Sequence record: NC_054932.1 | Length of the DNA stretch: 64,000 nt | Reading direction: 5' to 3' (one strand) | From: Escherichia phage teqdroes | Shown: positions 1 to 10,890 of the stretch, one piece after another | Numbering within the stretch: position 1 is the first letter of the stretch | Layout: every line of letters begins with the position of its first letter | Notes under the pieces: generated by a model | What the model was told of the DNA's origin: nothing | Databases searched by the model: none | What the model saw: the letters and a program-made list of their open reading frames with translations, nothing else | Position numbers and translations under genes: made by a program

Positions 1-258
1 CAAAAGTTATACCAACCGGGCTTCCAATTTCACTTATAAAAATTTCTTCTTTATTAAAAGTCCATGCTCGTTTTCCGCGATGGTCTTCTTCATAAATCCA
101 ATCCTGAGTACGTTCATCAAATACAACTGCATATCCTTCTTTAGGTTCTAAAGGTTTTTTAATTGTTGAATGAGCAGGAAGACCGAGGCCTTTAACCGGT
201 TTGTAATTTTCTTCTTTGTAAAATTCTTTAGTGTCAAAATAATAATGATATATTTTCA
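1..258 (-). CDS. 38: Tail fiber assembly chaperone/adhesin gp38, N-terminal 86 codons (3' end lies beyond window start)
   Basis: Reverse-complement translation from ATG at 258 gives MKIYHYYFDTKEFYKEENYKPVKGLGLPAHSTIKKPLEPKEGYAVVFDERTQDWIYEEDHRGKRAWTFNKEEIF, recognised as T4-type gp38; frame open to position 1. Confidence 0.85.
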
Positions 259-263
259 TATTT

Positions 264-286
264 AGAAGGGGCCGAAGCCCCTCTCC
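264..286 (-). promoter_or_regulatory. Gene 38 translation initiation region: SD GGAGA, then UUCG-tetraloop hairpin, then AUG
   Basis: Minus strand reads GGAGA-GGGGCUUCGGCCCC-UUCUAAAU-AUG; the hairpin sits between SD and start codon. Confidence 0.6.
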
Positions 287-3200
287 TTATGCTAAACGAA
301 CGATATAGTTAAAAGCAATGTTTTTAACCGTGTTTTCTGTATTACCTGTACTATTTACAGTGATAGTATGACCATGCGAGCCAATTGCTACCGTGTGGGT
401 ATGAGCACCGATACCTACAGTATGGGTATGAGCACCAATACCTACTGTGTGAGCATGGTTACCTGTAGTGCTTGTAGTACCAGACCAAGTATGAGTATGA
501 GCACCGTCTGAAGAAGTTTTGGCTATATTCGACCCTGCAGTAGCACCGTTCACGGTTCCAGTGAATTTAGCGTTGGCGTTTGCACCTACACTATTATATC
601 CGTCATAGAATATGTTATTGGGTATGCCGGCTTGTATCTGAGGACCTGAGCGCGCATGTTGGTGTGCACCAGCAGAACTCGTAGTACCGCTTACAGTATG
701 AGAGTGGTTACCTGTGGTATTGCTAGTCTTAGTGCCATAGTCAAAGCTACTTGTCGTCTTAGTACCATAATCAAAACTCGACGTAGTTTTAGTACCCAAG
801 TCAGTACTTGAAGCCGATGCACTATGGCTATGAGCCTTAACACCATCGGCTTCTGCGCTTAATACAGCTCGACCACTTGGTTTACCTTTAATAGTTTGCC
901 CGCGCATATCTGGAATTACGCCAGATGGGTAAGCCATAGCCAATTTTGGGTATGCAGACTTATCAAAAGTCTGGCCTTCCATAATAGCGTAACCGTCAGG
1001 AGGAGTATCCGTTGGCCATGGAATAGGAGCACCGATTGGGTAACTCGATACAATATCGGTTTTAAGTGATTCAATTGTACTGTTTAAATTAGCAAAATTG
1101 CCAGAACCACCTGTAATATTGCCGTCTGTACCTAAATAAACTGAACCACCAGCAGAAACACGCTTAGGAGATATAAAATCACCATTTTTGTTAAATTCCC
1201 AACCTAAATCCTTTATAATAGCGCCAGTCGAACCGCCATCGCCGCCTTCATGATAATGAACTCTGAAGTTACCGCCGTTAATTAGAGTTCCCAGAGAATA
1301 ACAACTGTTTCCTTGGACATATCGTTGTTTCAAAATAGGAACGTAAGTACTTGTATCTGTACGATTAATATTCATATAGAATGGAGCACGAACGTTTTCA
1401 TTATTTTGTGAAGCAAAAGACCCTGCACCAGCCGGGCGAACTGTGTCAGTACATTCAGCATCAATATAAGCTGCTTGTCCTACCTGCATACGGTAATTAG
1501 GAGAAATGCGACTATTACTAGTAACAACAACAAGTTTGGTATCGTTGTCCACAGTAATCATATTACCGCCAGCGCCATCATCGCCTAACGTAACAGAATG
1601 GCGCATTTGTACCATACCATTATTAAGACTAATACTAAGTGGGCGGAGATTACTTATTCCACCACTTTCACCGGCATCTTTAGGAGTCGGGATAATATGT
1701 AATGCTGTTTCTGAGCGACGGAAAATAGCACCGTATTCGGCATTCCAAATTCTTAATGCATCAGCAGTTCCACCAATTTTTACTTGTCCAGTAATAGAAG
1801 AACCACCTTGGACAAACAAACCATTAGACATGGTAACATTACCGACTAAAGTGCTTAATCCATTAACTTTAATACTTCCTCTAGCATTAACTTGTCCATT
1901 GAACTGGGTTACAACAGGCCCAGTAGTTTCAGAGCCACTTGGAGCCACACGCTGTGAATAAAAATAATATCCTTGTCCATCAGCTACTTCAAAAACCGTT
2001 TCACGATTACGATCGCCAGATGCGTTAAATGAATTACCCCATGCTTTAACAGTTACATAGCTTTTATTCTGACCAGCACGAGTACCGCCTTCCCACAAAA
2101 TTTTCTTAGTGCCATCAATTGTAGTAGTTGGAGCGAATGTTAGCCCAGCAGTAGAATTATTAGCTGCTAAATATATGCCATTATATATTGAAAGCTGCTT
2201 AACAGATGTAATACCGCCATCAGCATAAAACATTACATTATTAGAGCCAGTTACCAATTTCAAAATACCCGGGTTAACTTCCATGCCTTCTTGAGTATTA
2301 ATATTAGTTTTGCCTTTACCACGGAAATAGTGGTTCATTTTTCCGCCTGAGTTATAGCCAATATGCGTCTGGCCGTCTCCAGCAGTGTTTTCATCAGCTT
2401 GTGTTTGAACCGATAAAAACGCGGCGTTGGTTCCAGGCATAATCCATGTTGTACCTTGGTCCTCGGAACGACCAAAAATCGCTTTACGGGTACTACGGAA
2501 ACTATCAGGAGTAATAGATGCTAAAGAAAGACCACTAGCAACTAAATCATATACTCCAGTTTTTTTGTATGATAAGCCTGTTGATGCATCACCGATAACT
2601 ATATAACATTCGCCCATTGCTCCAGCGGAGCCGTAGTTATTAATGTTTTCATCTGTTGTAATTGTACCAATTGCGAGTGAGCGTCGTAATACTAAAGCCC
2701 CATCATTACGAAGACCCATTTGTTTATTAACGGCTGTATTACCAGTCCACCAAGAAAGTTCATCACTTTTTCCGGTTTGCGCAGAAGCTAATTCATGATA
2801 AATTGTACCGCCTGATTTAGCTCGAACTTTACGAAGATAGTTTATACCATTTTCTTCGCCTGTTCCAGGATAAACATATTGAACTAATGATTGCGAATCG
2901 TATTGTCCAAATGCTTTTGTATCTAAAATAATATTTTTAGTATTAATCTGAGGCGAAGTAATATTTCCAATAGCTGCAATATTTCCAGATGTAGTTATAC
3001 TACCTCCTGATACTGCTAAACCTCCACCGTCAACAGTAAATCCGCCGTCACGTCGAAACGTCCAATATTTCGAATCGCCAGATTCATTGATATAATGAAT
3101 CTTCAACGAACCTTCAGAAACTAAAGTACCTAATGAAAAAGTTCCATCTTTAAAGCGCTGTTTAATTATAGGATTATATTCAGATGTGGAAGTAGCTGAG

Positions 3201-3544
3201 CTTAAATCTACAAAAATTGGAGCTTTCGCAGTATGTTGACCGGACCAAGCCCCACTTCCAGTAGTACGATAATTAAACTCAATATATCCACCGCTTGCTA
3301 CAATTTGCGGACCAATTAAATTAAATTTTCCAGTCTGTGTATAATCACCAGTTTGAGTGATATTACCACTGATATTACCGCCAGTAGAAATGCTTAAATC
3401 GATGATATTTCCTGAATCATCTTTAGTAAAAATTGTTCTATCTTTTAAGTTTATAGCCAATTCACCTTCGGCTAATACTGAAGCAGCAGGACGTGCACCT
3501 GCGGTTTTGCTTCTTTTAAATTGTATTTGTTTTAAAGTAGCCAT
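287..3544 (-). CDS. 37: Long tail fiber distal subunit gp37 (receptor-binding), 1085 aa
   Basis: ORF track; ends ...[15 protein letters not shown] as in T4 gp37; His-box repeats ([15 protein letters not shown]) typical of the T4 gp37 needle tip; position downstream of 36. Confidence 0.95.
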   Translation of the reverse strand: MATLKQIQFKRSKTAGARPAASVLAEGELAINLKDRTIFTKDDSGNIIDLSISTGGNISGNITQTGDYTQTGKFNLIGPQIVASGGYIEFNYRTTGSGAWSGQHTAKAPIFVDLSSATSTSEYNPIIKQRFKDGTFSLGTLVSEGSLKIHYINESGDSKYWTFRRDGGFTVDGGGLAVSGGSITTSGNIAAIGNITSPQINTKNIILDTKAFGQYDSQSLVQYVYPGTGEENGINYLRKVRAKSGGTIYHELASAQTGKSDELSWWTGNTAVNKQMGLRNDGALVLRRSLAIGTITTDENINNYGSAGAMGECYIVIGDASTGLSYKKTGVYDLVASGLSLASITPDSFRSTRKAIFGRSEDQGTTWIMPGTNAAFLSVQTQADENTAGDGQTHIGYNSGGKMNHYFRGKGKTNINTQEGMEVNPGILKLVTGSNNVMFYADGGITSVKQLSIYNGIYLAANNSTAGLTFAPTTTIDGTKKILWEGGTRAGQNKSYVTVKAWGNSFNASGDRNRETVFEVADGQGYYFYSQRVAPSGSETTGPVVTQFNGQVNARGSIKVNGLSTLVGNVTMSNGLFVQGGSSITGQVKIGGTADALRIWNAEYGAIFRRSETALHIIPTPKDAGESGGISNLRPLSISLNNGMVQMRHSVTLGDDGAGGNMITVDNDTKLVVVTSNSRISPNYRMQVGQAAYIDAECTDTVRPAGAGSFASQNNENVRAPFYMNINRTDTSTYVPILKQRYVQGNSCYSLGTLINGGNFRVHYHEGGDGGSTGAIIKDLGWEFNKNGDFISPKRVSAGGSVYLGTDGNITGGSGNFANLNSTIESLKTDIVSSYPIGAPIPWPTDTPPDGYAIMEGQTFDKSAYPKLAMAYPSGVIPDMRGQTIKGKPSGRAVLSAEADGVKAHSHSASASSTDLGTKTTSSFDYGTKTTSSFDYGTKTSNTTGNHSHTVSGTTSSAGAHQHARSGPQIQAGIPNNIFYDGYNSVGANANAKFTGTVNGATAGSNIAKTSSDGAHTHTWSGTTSTTGNHAHTVGIGAHTHTVGIGAHTHTVAIGSHGHTITVNSTGNTENTVKNIAFNYIVRLA

Positions 3545-3552
3545 AAGTCCTC

Positions 3553-4218
3553 TTAATAATAGCCGAAATCTTGAACAGAATCCTTAATTACGATTTGGTC
3601 AAATCGTGGAACGTGTGAAGGTTGAGATGCAGGATTCTGCGAGAAAAAGTTTGGCGCTGTTAAATTACCTATCATGGTGTCACCAGACCGTAGCACCCTA
3701 GAGTTTGCATTTGCCGTAACAGTATTTATTGCTCCATCAACATAGTCCTTTCTAGTAAGGTCATTCGCTGCTATAGGAGCAGCCGCATCACTTCTTACTT
3801 GACCTGCTGCCGACACAACGCCTTTTGTACTAATATCACCATTACGTGCATTAATTACAACAGTTCGAGCTGCTGAACCTTGTGATGATTTAAAACCAAT
3901 ACCATTCCACGAAACAATATCGATATTTGCTACAGCAAAAGTAGCATTATCACCGTTACCTGGATAAACACCGCATGGGTTTGTGTTGTTTACAGCATAC
4001 GGAACTTGAATTCCACCGTTAAATGTTACCTTTGATGCATAAGTACCACCATTAGCTTTAGAAACGAAATCGTTATCAGCAGCTTGTGGTTTATTATATT
4101 CTGAATATATTTTAAATGATTTATAGAGTACATCGTCACCGGCTGGATTCAATGGAAAATTTCCTTGATGCCAAATGACAGAGCCTCCGGTTGTTGAACC
4201 TACTTTTAAATCAGCCAT
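3553..4218 (-). CDS. 36: Long tail fiber distal connector gp36, 221 aa
   Basis: ORF track; size and position between 35 and 37 match T4 gp36; SD GAGGA upstream on minus strand. Confidence 0.9.
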   Translation of the reverse strand: MADLKVGSTTGGSVIWHQGNFPLNPAGDDVLYKSFKIYSEYNKPQAADNDFVSKANGGTYASKVTFNGGIQVPYAVNNTNPCGVYPGNGDNATFAVANIDIVSWNGIGFKSSQGSAARTVVINARNGDISTKGVVSAAGQVRSDAAAPIAANDLTRKDYVDGAINTVTANANSRVLRSGDTMIGNLTAPNFFSQNPASQPSHVPRFDQIVIKDSVQDFGYY

Positions 4219-4242
4219 TGTATGCCCCTTTATTTTAATAGT

Positions 4243-4250
4243 ATTTATAA
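4243..4250 (-). promoter_or_regulatory. Late promoter (TATAAATA) for gene 36/37
   Basis: Plus-strand TATTTATA = minus TATAAATA, ~25 bp upstream of gene 36 ATG. Confidence 0.7.
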
Positions 4251-4257
4251 AGAAAAA

Positions 4258-4275
4258 GGGAACCCGAAGGCTCCC
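4258..4275 (-). terminator. Hairpin terminator after gene 35
   Basis: Minus strand GGGAGCC-UUCG-GGUUCCC followed by UUUUU. Confidence 0.6.
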
Positions 4276-4280
4276 TCAAT

Positions 4281-5396
4281 TTATACTTCTCTAAATTCTT
4301 GCCCAAACACTTTACCAGTTTTAGATGATGCTTGCGTAGGAAGTACCATTATATCCGGAGGTGAAGCGGATTCACAGATATAATTAACACGAATACCGTT
4401 GACGCCAAATTCAGCAGGTTTTGAAATACCACCGTTTCTTGATACTTCAGAAAAGCTTAAATTTCTCATGCCACCTTGGCCAGCTTTAGCAGTTCTTTGT
4501 GCATATATCGTAAATCCTACAGCGTTTTCTGGAACAACTACATAATCTTCCTTTAATTCCCATGACCCAGCTTGTCCGGTAAATTCAGCTTGTGTCGAGG
4601 AAATATATCCATTTGATGCATTATAAAAACGGATAGATATATTTGTAGTTCCAAGAGCAAGTAAATCGGCATCAGCATATAACTGAGCTTTAAGATAAAG
4701 AACATCGCCAGGAATTAAATTATAATCAGATAATTTACTTATAGTAGCTGAAGTTGGTAGACGCGCAATTTCGTTATTAGTTCCACCAACCGCTGACATG
4801 AATTGCTCAACGCTTTCATACGTTCTTCTTGGAAACCCGGTAGCTCCGACGTCTTCTAAACTGTCAAATACAACATCTAAAATAGTTTGATAATCATCTG
4901 TGCTTTTTCTATTACTTAATTTAACATGCTCTAATGCAATAGCTCTTTTAGAAGAAGTATAAAAAGCAGCATATGATACGTCGAATCTTGACAATATAGA
5001 ATCAGATGGAAAAGCAGACGTTCCGGCGGTTCTTAACCAAGATACTACTTCAGGAGGAAAATTAACCTTTCCACTAGTTAATATAGCGACAATTCGATTA
5101 TTCGTCAAAGAATTCATGAAACTAACAAAAGCAGCTGATGTAGTATCATTTGAAGTCGAAAAAGCATATGACTTACTATCAACTAATGCTCCGGTGGAAG
5201 GGTCAAAAACTCTTAAATGAAGACCTGCGCTAAATGTTTGACTTCCTACAGGATTATCCTGAAATTTAACGTATGGTCCTGCTGTAGAAAGCGGGCAAGA
5301 ACCCGCTATACTTATTTTGTATCTTACTGAATTACTTTCCGATAAAAATGGCGTTTGGACATATCCTTGTCCAAACTCTGCCATAAATTTTTCCAT
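4281..5396 (-). CDS. 35: Long tail fiber hinge protein gp35, 371 aa
   Basis: ORF track; size and synteny 34-35-36-37. Confidence 0.9.
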   Translation of the reverse strand: MEKFMAEFGQGYVQTPFLSESNSVRYKISIAGSCPLSTAGPYVKFQDNPVGSQTFSAGLHLRVFDPSTGALVDSKSYAFSTSNDTTSAAFVSFMNSLTNNRIVAILTSGKVNFPPEVVSWLRTAGTSAFPSDSILSRFDVSYAAFYTSSKRAIALEHVKLSNRKSTDDYQTILDVVFDSLEDVGATGFPRRTYESVEQFMSAVGGTNNEIARLPTSATISKLSDYNLIPGDVLYLKAQLYADADLLALGTTNISIRFYNASNGYISSTQAEFTGQAGSWELKEDYVVVPENAVGFTIYAQRTAKAGQGGMRNLSFSEVSRNGGISKPAEFGVNGIRVNYICESASPPDIMVLPTQASSKTGKVFGQEFREV

Positions 5397-5404
5397 AATA
5401 CCTC

Positions 5405-8400
5405 TTATTCAACCCATTCAAATTTAACCGTTTTATTCACTGGGTCAGGAATAATGCGAACATTACCAATTCGTAAGAAATCACGAATAGTAAGATTACC
5501 CATTGTGGCATTATCAGATGGTAAAGCACCGATATCAGATGGTTGAGGAGGGTTACCTCCATCAAATACCTGAACAAAACTTGACCAAGAGTTTTTGGTT
5601 TTCTGCCATGTACGTGTCCAGCGAGTGGTACGCGCGTCTGGCGTCGTTGGATAAGTAATCCAATCTTGGTAAAGCGAATCAAGTGTGTTACCAAACTGAG
5701 TCAGTGTACCAGGAGATTTAACTTCTTCGCCACGTTCTAAGTATGGAAGCCCAGTCACTTCATTAGTTTTTTCAACCATTTTAAAATAACCCGGGAACTG
5801 GTTATAAGTGGCTGAATCGTTAATATCAATTGACCAGAATCCTACCGTATCAGATGTTGGCGCACGGGTATATAAATCAGATGTTTTAGTACCCTGAGAA
5901 CGAATTCTCGAGTTAACAGTTAAACCGCCTGAATTTATAGTAGCACCTTTGGCAATGATTAAGCTTTCACCAATTGTGACTTGACCGGATTGATTATTAA
6001 TTGATAATGGACGTAATCCATTAAATCCACCGGTCTGATCACCAGATGCAGTAAGCATAAAATATGTACTGCCGCCATCATTCCTGATAAAGAATCCATA
6101 ATCACCGTTTATTGCTCTGAAAGCATTTGCAGACTTGCTAATGAATTCACCATTGGCTGTAACTGAACTACCAAATGTTGCTACGCCATTCGTATTCAAT
6201 GAACCGGAAGCATTAACATTTATTGGCATTACAGTACCATTGATACTAAACGTTATATTCCCAGCTTTATTACGTTGAGAATAAAAGTGATTAGACGTTT
6301 CATCACCAACTTCAAATACCGTAGAACGTGTTGTATCTGAACCGCCACCGAACTGATTTCCCCAAACTCTGATAGTCATCGTCTGCACTGGGTTAGTTCC
6401 AGTTTGAGGTCCTTTCTCAAAAATCAGACAAGTTGCCGTTCCAGTATTAGAAATAGTTAATGTGCTGTTTGCCGAAACTGATCCGCCAAACGTAGCAGTA
6501 CTAGATGATACAAGAGGGGCACTCAGATTCGTTTGTTGGGTTAAGGTTAGTGAACCATTAACTGTCTGTGCAATATCCCTACGAATGAACTGGGATGAAT
6601 CTAGACCATCCAATAAATTACTATCTACAGCTTTTGCTTTTAACGGCAAATAATTTGCTAATACACGGTTTAATTCATATGGTGATACCGCATAGCTATT
6701 TTTCTCATACAGTTCTAAATCTTGGGTAGAACCGACTGTATCATTACCAACGAATGTAATTGAACCAGATGAAGTTTTAACAAAGCCTCTTATCGCAGTA
6801 GTAGCTGCCCAAGTAGGTTCACTCTGCACAATCCATTTTAAATTTTTTGGAGATACAGCAGTATTTGCTGACGTTCCAGTCACAGTTTCAGACTGGGTTG
6901 CAACTTTAATAACACCTTCCTGTGCTTCAGTAGATTTAGTACCTAAAAGCTTTTTAGGAGTTATTAAAACATTATCTAATGTTCCTGCAGCAGCTTCAAC
7001 TTGTGTAGCTACACGAAGTGTACCACGCTGTGTCTCATTTGCTTCAAGAATATTAAGGGTATAATGGTCCCAGAGAGTTCCTGATTCAACTAATCCAGAT
7101 AGAGCAACAACAGAAGTACGATCAGTACTATTAAATCTAGTTTTAATTTTTAATGGTGTAGAGATACGAGTATCGTCGACGCCTGCGTCGAATTCAACTT
7201 GTGTAGCAATTTCAGCTATACCACTTAAACTTTCAGTTGCTTTACGGTCATTTAAAGTTTTAGGAGTGACTGCACGAGTATAATCAGTTCCTGTATTAAC
7301 TTCACTTTGTGTAGCAATTTCAATTAAACCAATTCTTCCATCAGTTGATGTCTTTTTATGTAACGTTTCTGGCGTTACAACCGCATTTGCCCATCCTTCT
7401 TGGCTTTGTCCAGCAATTACTTCGCTTTCAACTGCTAAAATTACTGCACCTTGTTGTGTTGGAGTAGCTTTATACTGATCCAGAGCTTTAGGCGAAACAA
7501 CTAAATTATTAGTGTTTTTATTATAAACGTTTGTACCATTTAATTCACGACTAGAAGCTGGAGTAGCTCCTGCGGTAGATACAAAGGTTACAATACCAGA
7601 TAATGATTCAGAACCCTGACGAGCTTGAAGCTTTTTAGGAGTGATGATTGTAGTATCATCAGTACCTGCATTAGTTTCCTGTTGCGTAGCAATTTCAGCA
7701 ACACCTCTGCGAGTTTCTGTAGCAGTTCTTTCATTCAGCTTTTTAGGAGTGATGATAATATCGTCAGCAAAAGAGAATGTAGTATCCTGGTTTACTTGAG
7801 CAGTAGTTGCTATTCTTGCGATACCTCTACGAGTTTCTGTAGCAGTACGGTTAGCTAATGTTTCTGGAGTAATTGCTAATTCTTTTTGTGGAGAATTTTC
7901 TAAATCGGCATTAGCTTGAGCTTGTGTAGCTAAAGCAATTACGCCTAATCTTGCTCTAGTAGAATCATTCAAAGAGTCTACTCTTTCTACGGTTGGAACG
8001 TTTTGTTGTACAACCCAGTATTTTCCATCAGAATCTTCTATATAAGCAAGTTGTAAAACTGGAACATAATTAGTTTCACCGTTAAAAACTAATTCTTGAA
8101 CAGTTACCCATTCAGCTTCAGGTGGATACTCTGAACGTTTTGGGAACTGCAGCAATTGAACTGAAGAAGCAATTTTATCTTCACCGGCAGCTTTGATTTT
8201 AACTGTTTGTCCTTTTCGCATGTAATTCATGGAAATTTTGACAGTATCACCAACAGAAATATTAGTTGGAAGCTGAAGTTCAATTGTTTGGGTTGTTCCA
8301 TTATTCGCACCAAATACCATAACTTCTTCATTTGGACGAATATTAGAATTGGTTGTTATAATGCGTAAACGTGCTTTACTATCCCCGTCAAATAATCTCC

Positions 8401-9274
8401 ATAATTTCTCATTATCATCATACATCAAGAAACCATCAATAGATGTACGGCCTTCAATGGAATGAGTTCCATCTTCTTGTACTGATGTCGTTTCATCGTA
8501 TGTAGTAACAATTGTATGATAAAGCGGATTTAGTTTATCTAAATCGACGAAATTAATAATATCGCCGTGATTAGCAAATCTCGGAAGTTTAATATTTATC
8601 GGTGCAGCAGAAGTAAATCTACGTACGATAAAATCATTAGATTGCGCTTGATAAGTATTCGCTGGTGTTACAACTACAGCTTCTCTACTATAATCAGCTA
8701 CATACATTTGCCACAGACGATTACTAAAAATTAAAACTAACTGCGACTTTGGATGAGTCATTAGTACTGAACGTACTTGTTCGCCTCTAAAGTTTACAAT
8801 ACTTTGCACTGGAGCTACAATTAAAACTTGGTTAACTCCAGGTTTTCCTCCAATATCTTGGAGAACGATAGTATCACCGTCAATTGGGGTAGATGGTAAA
8901 GTAAACGTGATGTCATTTCCAGTTGCAGTATTAACCGAAATAGCTTCACCGGATTTTAATTGATATGAACCAGATGAAACCGTAATCCAGTTTGCGTCTG
9001 TACGTAATGCTCTCCAGCGCCCGCTATTAAAAGCTCCTGCCGGTTTTGGAATATCATTTATAGCAGCCCAAAAGCGGTTATCATAAATGATTACAAAATC
9101 TTTTAAATATCCACGAGTTGGATCATATTGTTGAACTGTGTTTTCTTGAATTAAGTAATCAACGTTAACACCGTCAGTTCCTACGGTACGATCAGCTAAA
9201 GCTACGTTGATTATTTTATCGCCACCTGCGTCCAGACCGTCTTCTGCTCTGAACTTTCTTTTAATCTCGGCCAT
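5405..9274 (-). CDS. 34: Long tail fiber proximal subunit gp34, 1289 aa
   Basis: ORF track; length identical to T4 gp34; internal repeated motifs (TPKKL..RTATETRRG) typical of fiber shaft; late promoter upstream. Confidence 0.95.
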   Translation of the reverse strand: MAEIKRKFRAEDGLDAGGDKIINVALADRTVGTDGVNVDYLIQENTVQQYDPTRGYLKDFVIIYDNRFWAAINDIPKPAGAFNSGRWRALRTDANWITVSSGSYQLKSGEAISVNTATGNDITFTLPSTPIDGDTIVLQDIGGKPGVNQVLIVAPVQSIVNFRGEQVRSVLMTHPKSQLVLIFSNRLWQMYVADYSREAVVVTPANTYQAQSNDFIVRRFTSAAPINIKLPRFANHGDIINFVDLDKLNPLYHTIVTTYDETTSVQEDGTHSIEGRTSIDGFLMYDDNEKLWRLFDGDSKARLRIITTNSNIRPNEEVMVFGANNGTTQTIELQLPTNISVGDTVKISMNYMRKGQTVKIKAAGEDKIASSVQLLQFPKRSEYPPEAEWVTVQELVFNGETNYVPVLQLAYIEDSDGKYWVVQQNVPTVERVDSLNDSTRARLGVIALATQAQANADLENSPQKELAITPETLANRTATETRRGIARIATTAQVNQDTTFSFADDIIITPKKLNERTATETRRGVAEIATQQETNAGTDDTTIITPKKLQARQGSESLSGIVTFVSTAGATPASSRELNGTNVYNKNTNNLVVSPKALDQYKATPTQQGAVILAVESEVIAGQSQEGWANAVVTPETLHKKTSTDGRIGLIEIATQSEVNTGTDYTRAVTPKTLNDRKATESLSGIAEIATQVEFDAGVDDTRISTPLKIKTRFNSTDRTSVVALSGLVESGTLWDHYTLNILEANETQRGTLRVATQVEAAAGTLDNVLITPKKLLGTKSTEAQEGVIKVATQSETVTGTSANTAVSPKNLKWIVQSEPTWAATTAIRGFVKTSSGSITFVGNDTVGSTQDLELYEKNSYAVSPYELNRVLANYLPLKAKAVDSNLLDGLDSSQFIRRDIAQTVNGSLTLTQQTNLSAPLVSSSTATFGGSVSANSTLTISNTGTATCLIFEKGPQTGTNPVQTMTIRVWGNQFGGGSDTTRSTVFEVGDETSNHFYSQRNKAGNITFSINGTVMPINVNASGSLNTNGVATFGSSVTANGEFISKSANAFRAINGDYGFFIRNDGGSTYFMLTASGDQTGGFNGLRPLSINNQSGQVTIGESLIIAKGATINSGGLTVNSRIRSQGTKTSDLYTRAPTSDTVGFWSIDINDSATYNQFPGYFKMVEKTNEVTGLPYLERGEEVKSPGTLTQFGNTLDSLYQDWITYPTTPDARTTRWTRTWQKTKNSWSSFVQVFDGGNPPQPSDIGALPSDNATMGNLTIRDFLRIGNVRIIPDPVNKTVKFEWVE

Positions 9275-9308
9275 TCTCCCGGGCTCCTATTGTGTTTTCA
9301 ATAATAAG

Positions 9309-9316
9309 TATTTATA
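9309..9316 (-). promoter_or_regulatory. Late promoter (TATAAATA) for gene 34
   Basis: Minus-strand TATAAATA ~35 bp upstream of gene 34 ATG. Confidence 0.7.
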
Positions 9317-9319
9317 CTT

Positions 9320-9349
9320 GTTTACTTTAAGATTTGGATGGTATATAAT
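9320..9349 (+). promoter_or_regulatory. Early promoter (GTTTAC-N18-TATAAT) for rnh operon
   Basis: GTTTAC at 9320-9325, TATAAT at 9344-9349. Confidence 0.6.
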
Positions 9350-9378
9350 AGAAATCTCACTAATTGAACGAGGTTCAT

Positions 9379-10296
9379 ATGGATTTAGAAATGATGTTGG
9401 ATGAAGATTACAAAGAAGGAATTTGCTTTATTGACTTTAGTCAAATTGCGCTTTCAACTGCTTTAGTAAACTTCCCAGATAAAGAAAAAATTAATTTATC
9501 AATGGTTCGTCATTTGATATTGAACTCAATTAAGTTTAATGTCAAAAAAGCAAAAACGCTTGGATACACTAAAATTGTACTGTGTATTGATAACGCGAAA
9601 TCTGGATACTGGCGTCGTGATTTCGCTTATTATTATAAGAAAAACCGTGGAAAAGCACGAGAAGAATCTACTTGGGACTGGGAAGGTTATTTTGAATCCA
9701 GCCATAAAGTTATAGATGAATTGAAAGCTTATATGCCATACATTGTTATGGATATTGATAAGTATGAAGCGGATGACCACATTGCTGTTTTGGTTAAAAA
9801 GTTCTCTTTAGAAGGACACAAGATTTTAATCATTTCATCGGATGGTGACTTTACTCAACTTCACAAATACCCAAATGTTAAGCAATGGTCACCGATGCAC
9901 AAGAAATGGGTTAAAATTAAAAGCGGTTCTGCTGAAATTGACTGTATGACTAAAATCCTTAAAGGCGACAAAAAGGATAACGTTGCTTCAGTTAAAGTAC
10001 GATCTGACTTCTGGTTTACCAGAGTTGAAGGTGAACGAACTCCTTCAATGAAAACTTCAATCGTTGAAGCTATTGCTAATGACCGTGAGCAAGCTAAGGT
10101 GCTTCTCACAGAATCTGAATATAATCGTTATAAAGAAAATTTAGTTCTAATTGATTTTGATTATATTCCTGATAATATTGCTTCAAACATTGTGAATTAC
10201 TATAATTCATATAAATTACCACCGCGTGGCAAAATTTATTCATATTTTGTAAAAGCGGGTCTTTCTAAATTAACTAATAGCATTAATGAATTTTGA
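9379..10296 (+). CDS. rnh: RNase H (5'-3' exonuclease / flap endonuclease), 305 aa
   Basis: ATG at 9379 gives MDLEMMLDEDYKEGIC... recognised as T4 RNase H; ORF track start 9364 is an alternative TTG codon. Confidence 0.93.
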   Translation: MDLEMMLDEDYKEGICFIDFSQIALSTALVNFPDKEKINLSMVRHLILNSIKFNVKKAKTLGYTKIVLCIDNAKSGYWRRDFAYYYKKNRGKAREESTWDWEGYFESSHKVIDELKAYMPYIVMDIDKYEADDHIAVLVKKFSLEGHKILIISSDGDFTQLHKYPNVKQWSPMHKKWVKIKSGSAEIDCMTKILKGDKKDNVASVKVRSDFWFTRVEGERTPSMKTSIVEAIANDREQAKVLLTESEYNRYKENLVLIDFDYIPDNIASNIVNYYNSYKLPPRGKIYSYFVKAGLSKLTNSINEF

Positions 10297-10304
10297 GGTG
10301 AATA

Positions 10305-10574
10305 ATGGCTAAAAAAGAAATGGTTGAATTTGATGAAGCTATCCATGGCGAAGACTTGGCTAAATTTATTAAAGAAGCATCTGATCATAAACTGAAAATT
10401 TCCGGTTATAATGAACTGATTAAAGATATTCGAATTCGTGCCAAAGATGAACTTGGCGTTGATGGTAAGATGTTTAATCGTCTATTAGCTTTGTATCATA
10501 AAGATAACCGTGATGTGTTTGAAGCTGAAACTGAAGAGGTAGTTGAACTTTATGACACAGTTTTCTCTAAATGA
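10305..10574 (+). CDS. dsbA: dsDNA-binding protein DsbA (late transcription enhancer), 89 aa
   Basis: ORF track; size and position between rnh and 33 as in T4. Confidence 0.85.
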   Translation: MAKKEMVEFDEAIHGEDLAKFIKEASDHKLKISGYNELIKDIRIRAKDELGVDGKMFNRLLALYHKDNRDVFEAETEEVVELYDTVFSK

Positions 10575-10890
10575 TATTCGTCCGGTCGATGAGACCGGTC
10601 TTTCAGAAAAAGAACTTTCAATTAAGAAAGAAAAGGATGAAATAGCAAAGCTTCTTGATCGTCAAGAAAATGGATTTATTATTGAAAAAATGGTAGAAGA
10701 GTTTGGAATGAGTTATCTTGAAGCTACGACAGCATTCTTGGAAGAAAATTCTATTCCTGAAACTCAATTTGCTAAATTTATTCCTTCGGGTATAATTGAA
10801 AAAATTCAGTCAGAAGCTATTGACGAAAATCTTTTACGTCCTTCTGTTGTTCGTTGTGAAAAAACTAATACATTAGATTTTCTACTATGA
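10552..10890 (+). CDS. 33: Late transcription co-activator gp33, 112 aa
   Basis: ATG at 10552 gives MTQFSLNDIRPV...; 112 aa as in T4 gp33; track start 10543 is TTG. Confidence 0.88.
   Translation: MTQFSLNDIRPVDETGLSEKELSIKKEKDEIAKLLDRQENGFIIEKMVEEFGMSYLEATTAFLEENSIPETQFAKFIPSGIIEKIQSEAIDENLLRPSVVRCEKTNTLDFLL

Noticed and set aside
400-840. Tandem short repeats that might be mistaken for a CRISPR array or VNTR
   Set aside because: Repeats are in-frame coding repeats of the gp37 His-box and [10 protein letters not shown] units; no spacer-repeat architecture, no cas genes.
1506-1961. 151-aa plus-strand ORF inside gene 37
   Set aside because: Antisense shadow ORF within a well-supported coding region; no SD or promoter, low-complexity composition.
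5437-5694. 85-aa minus-strand ORF overlapping the 3' end of gene 34 in another frame
   Set aside because: Alternative-frame overlap with gp34; no independent translation signals.
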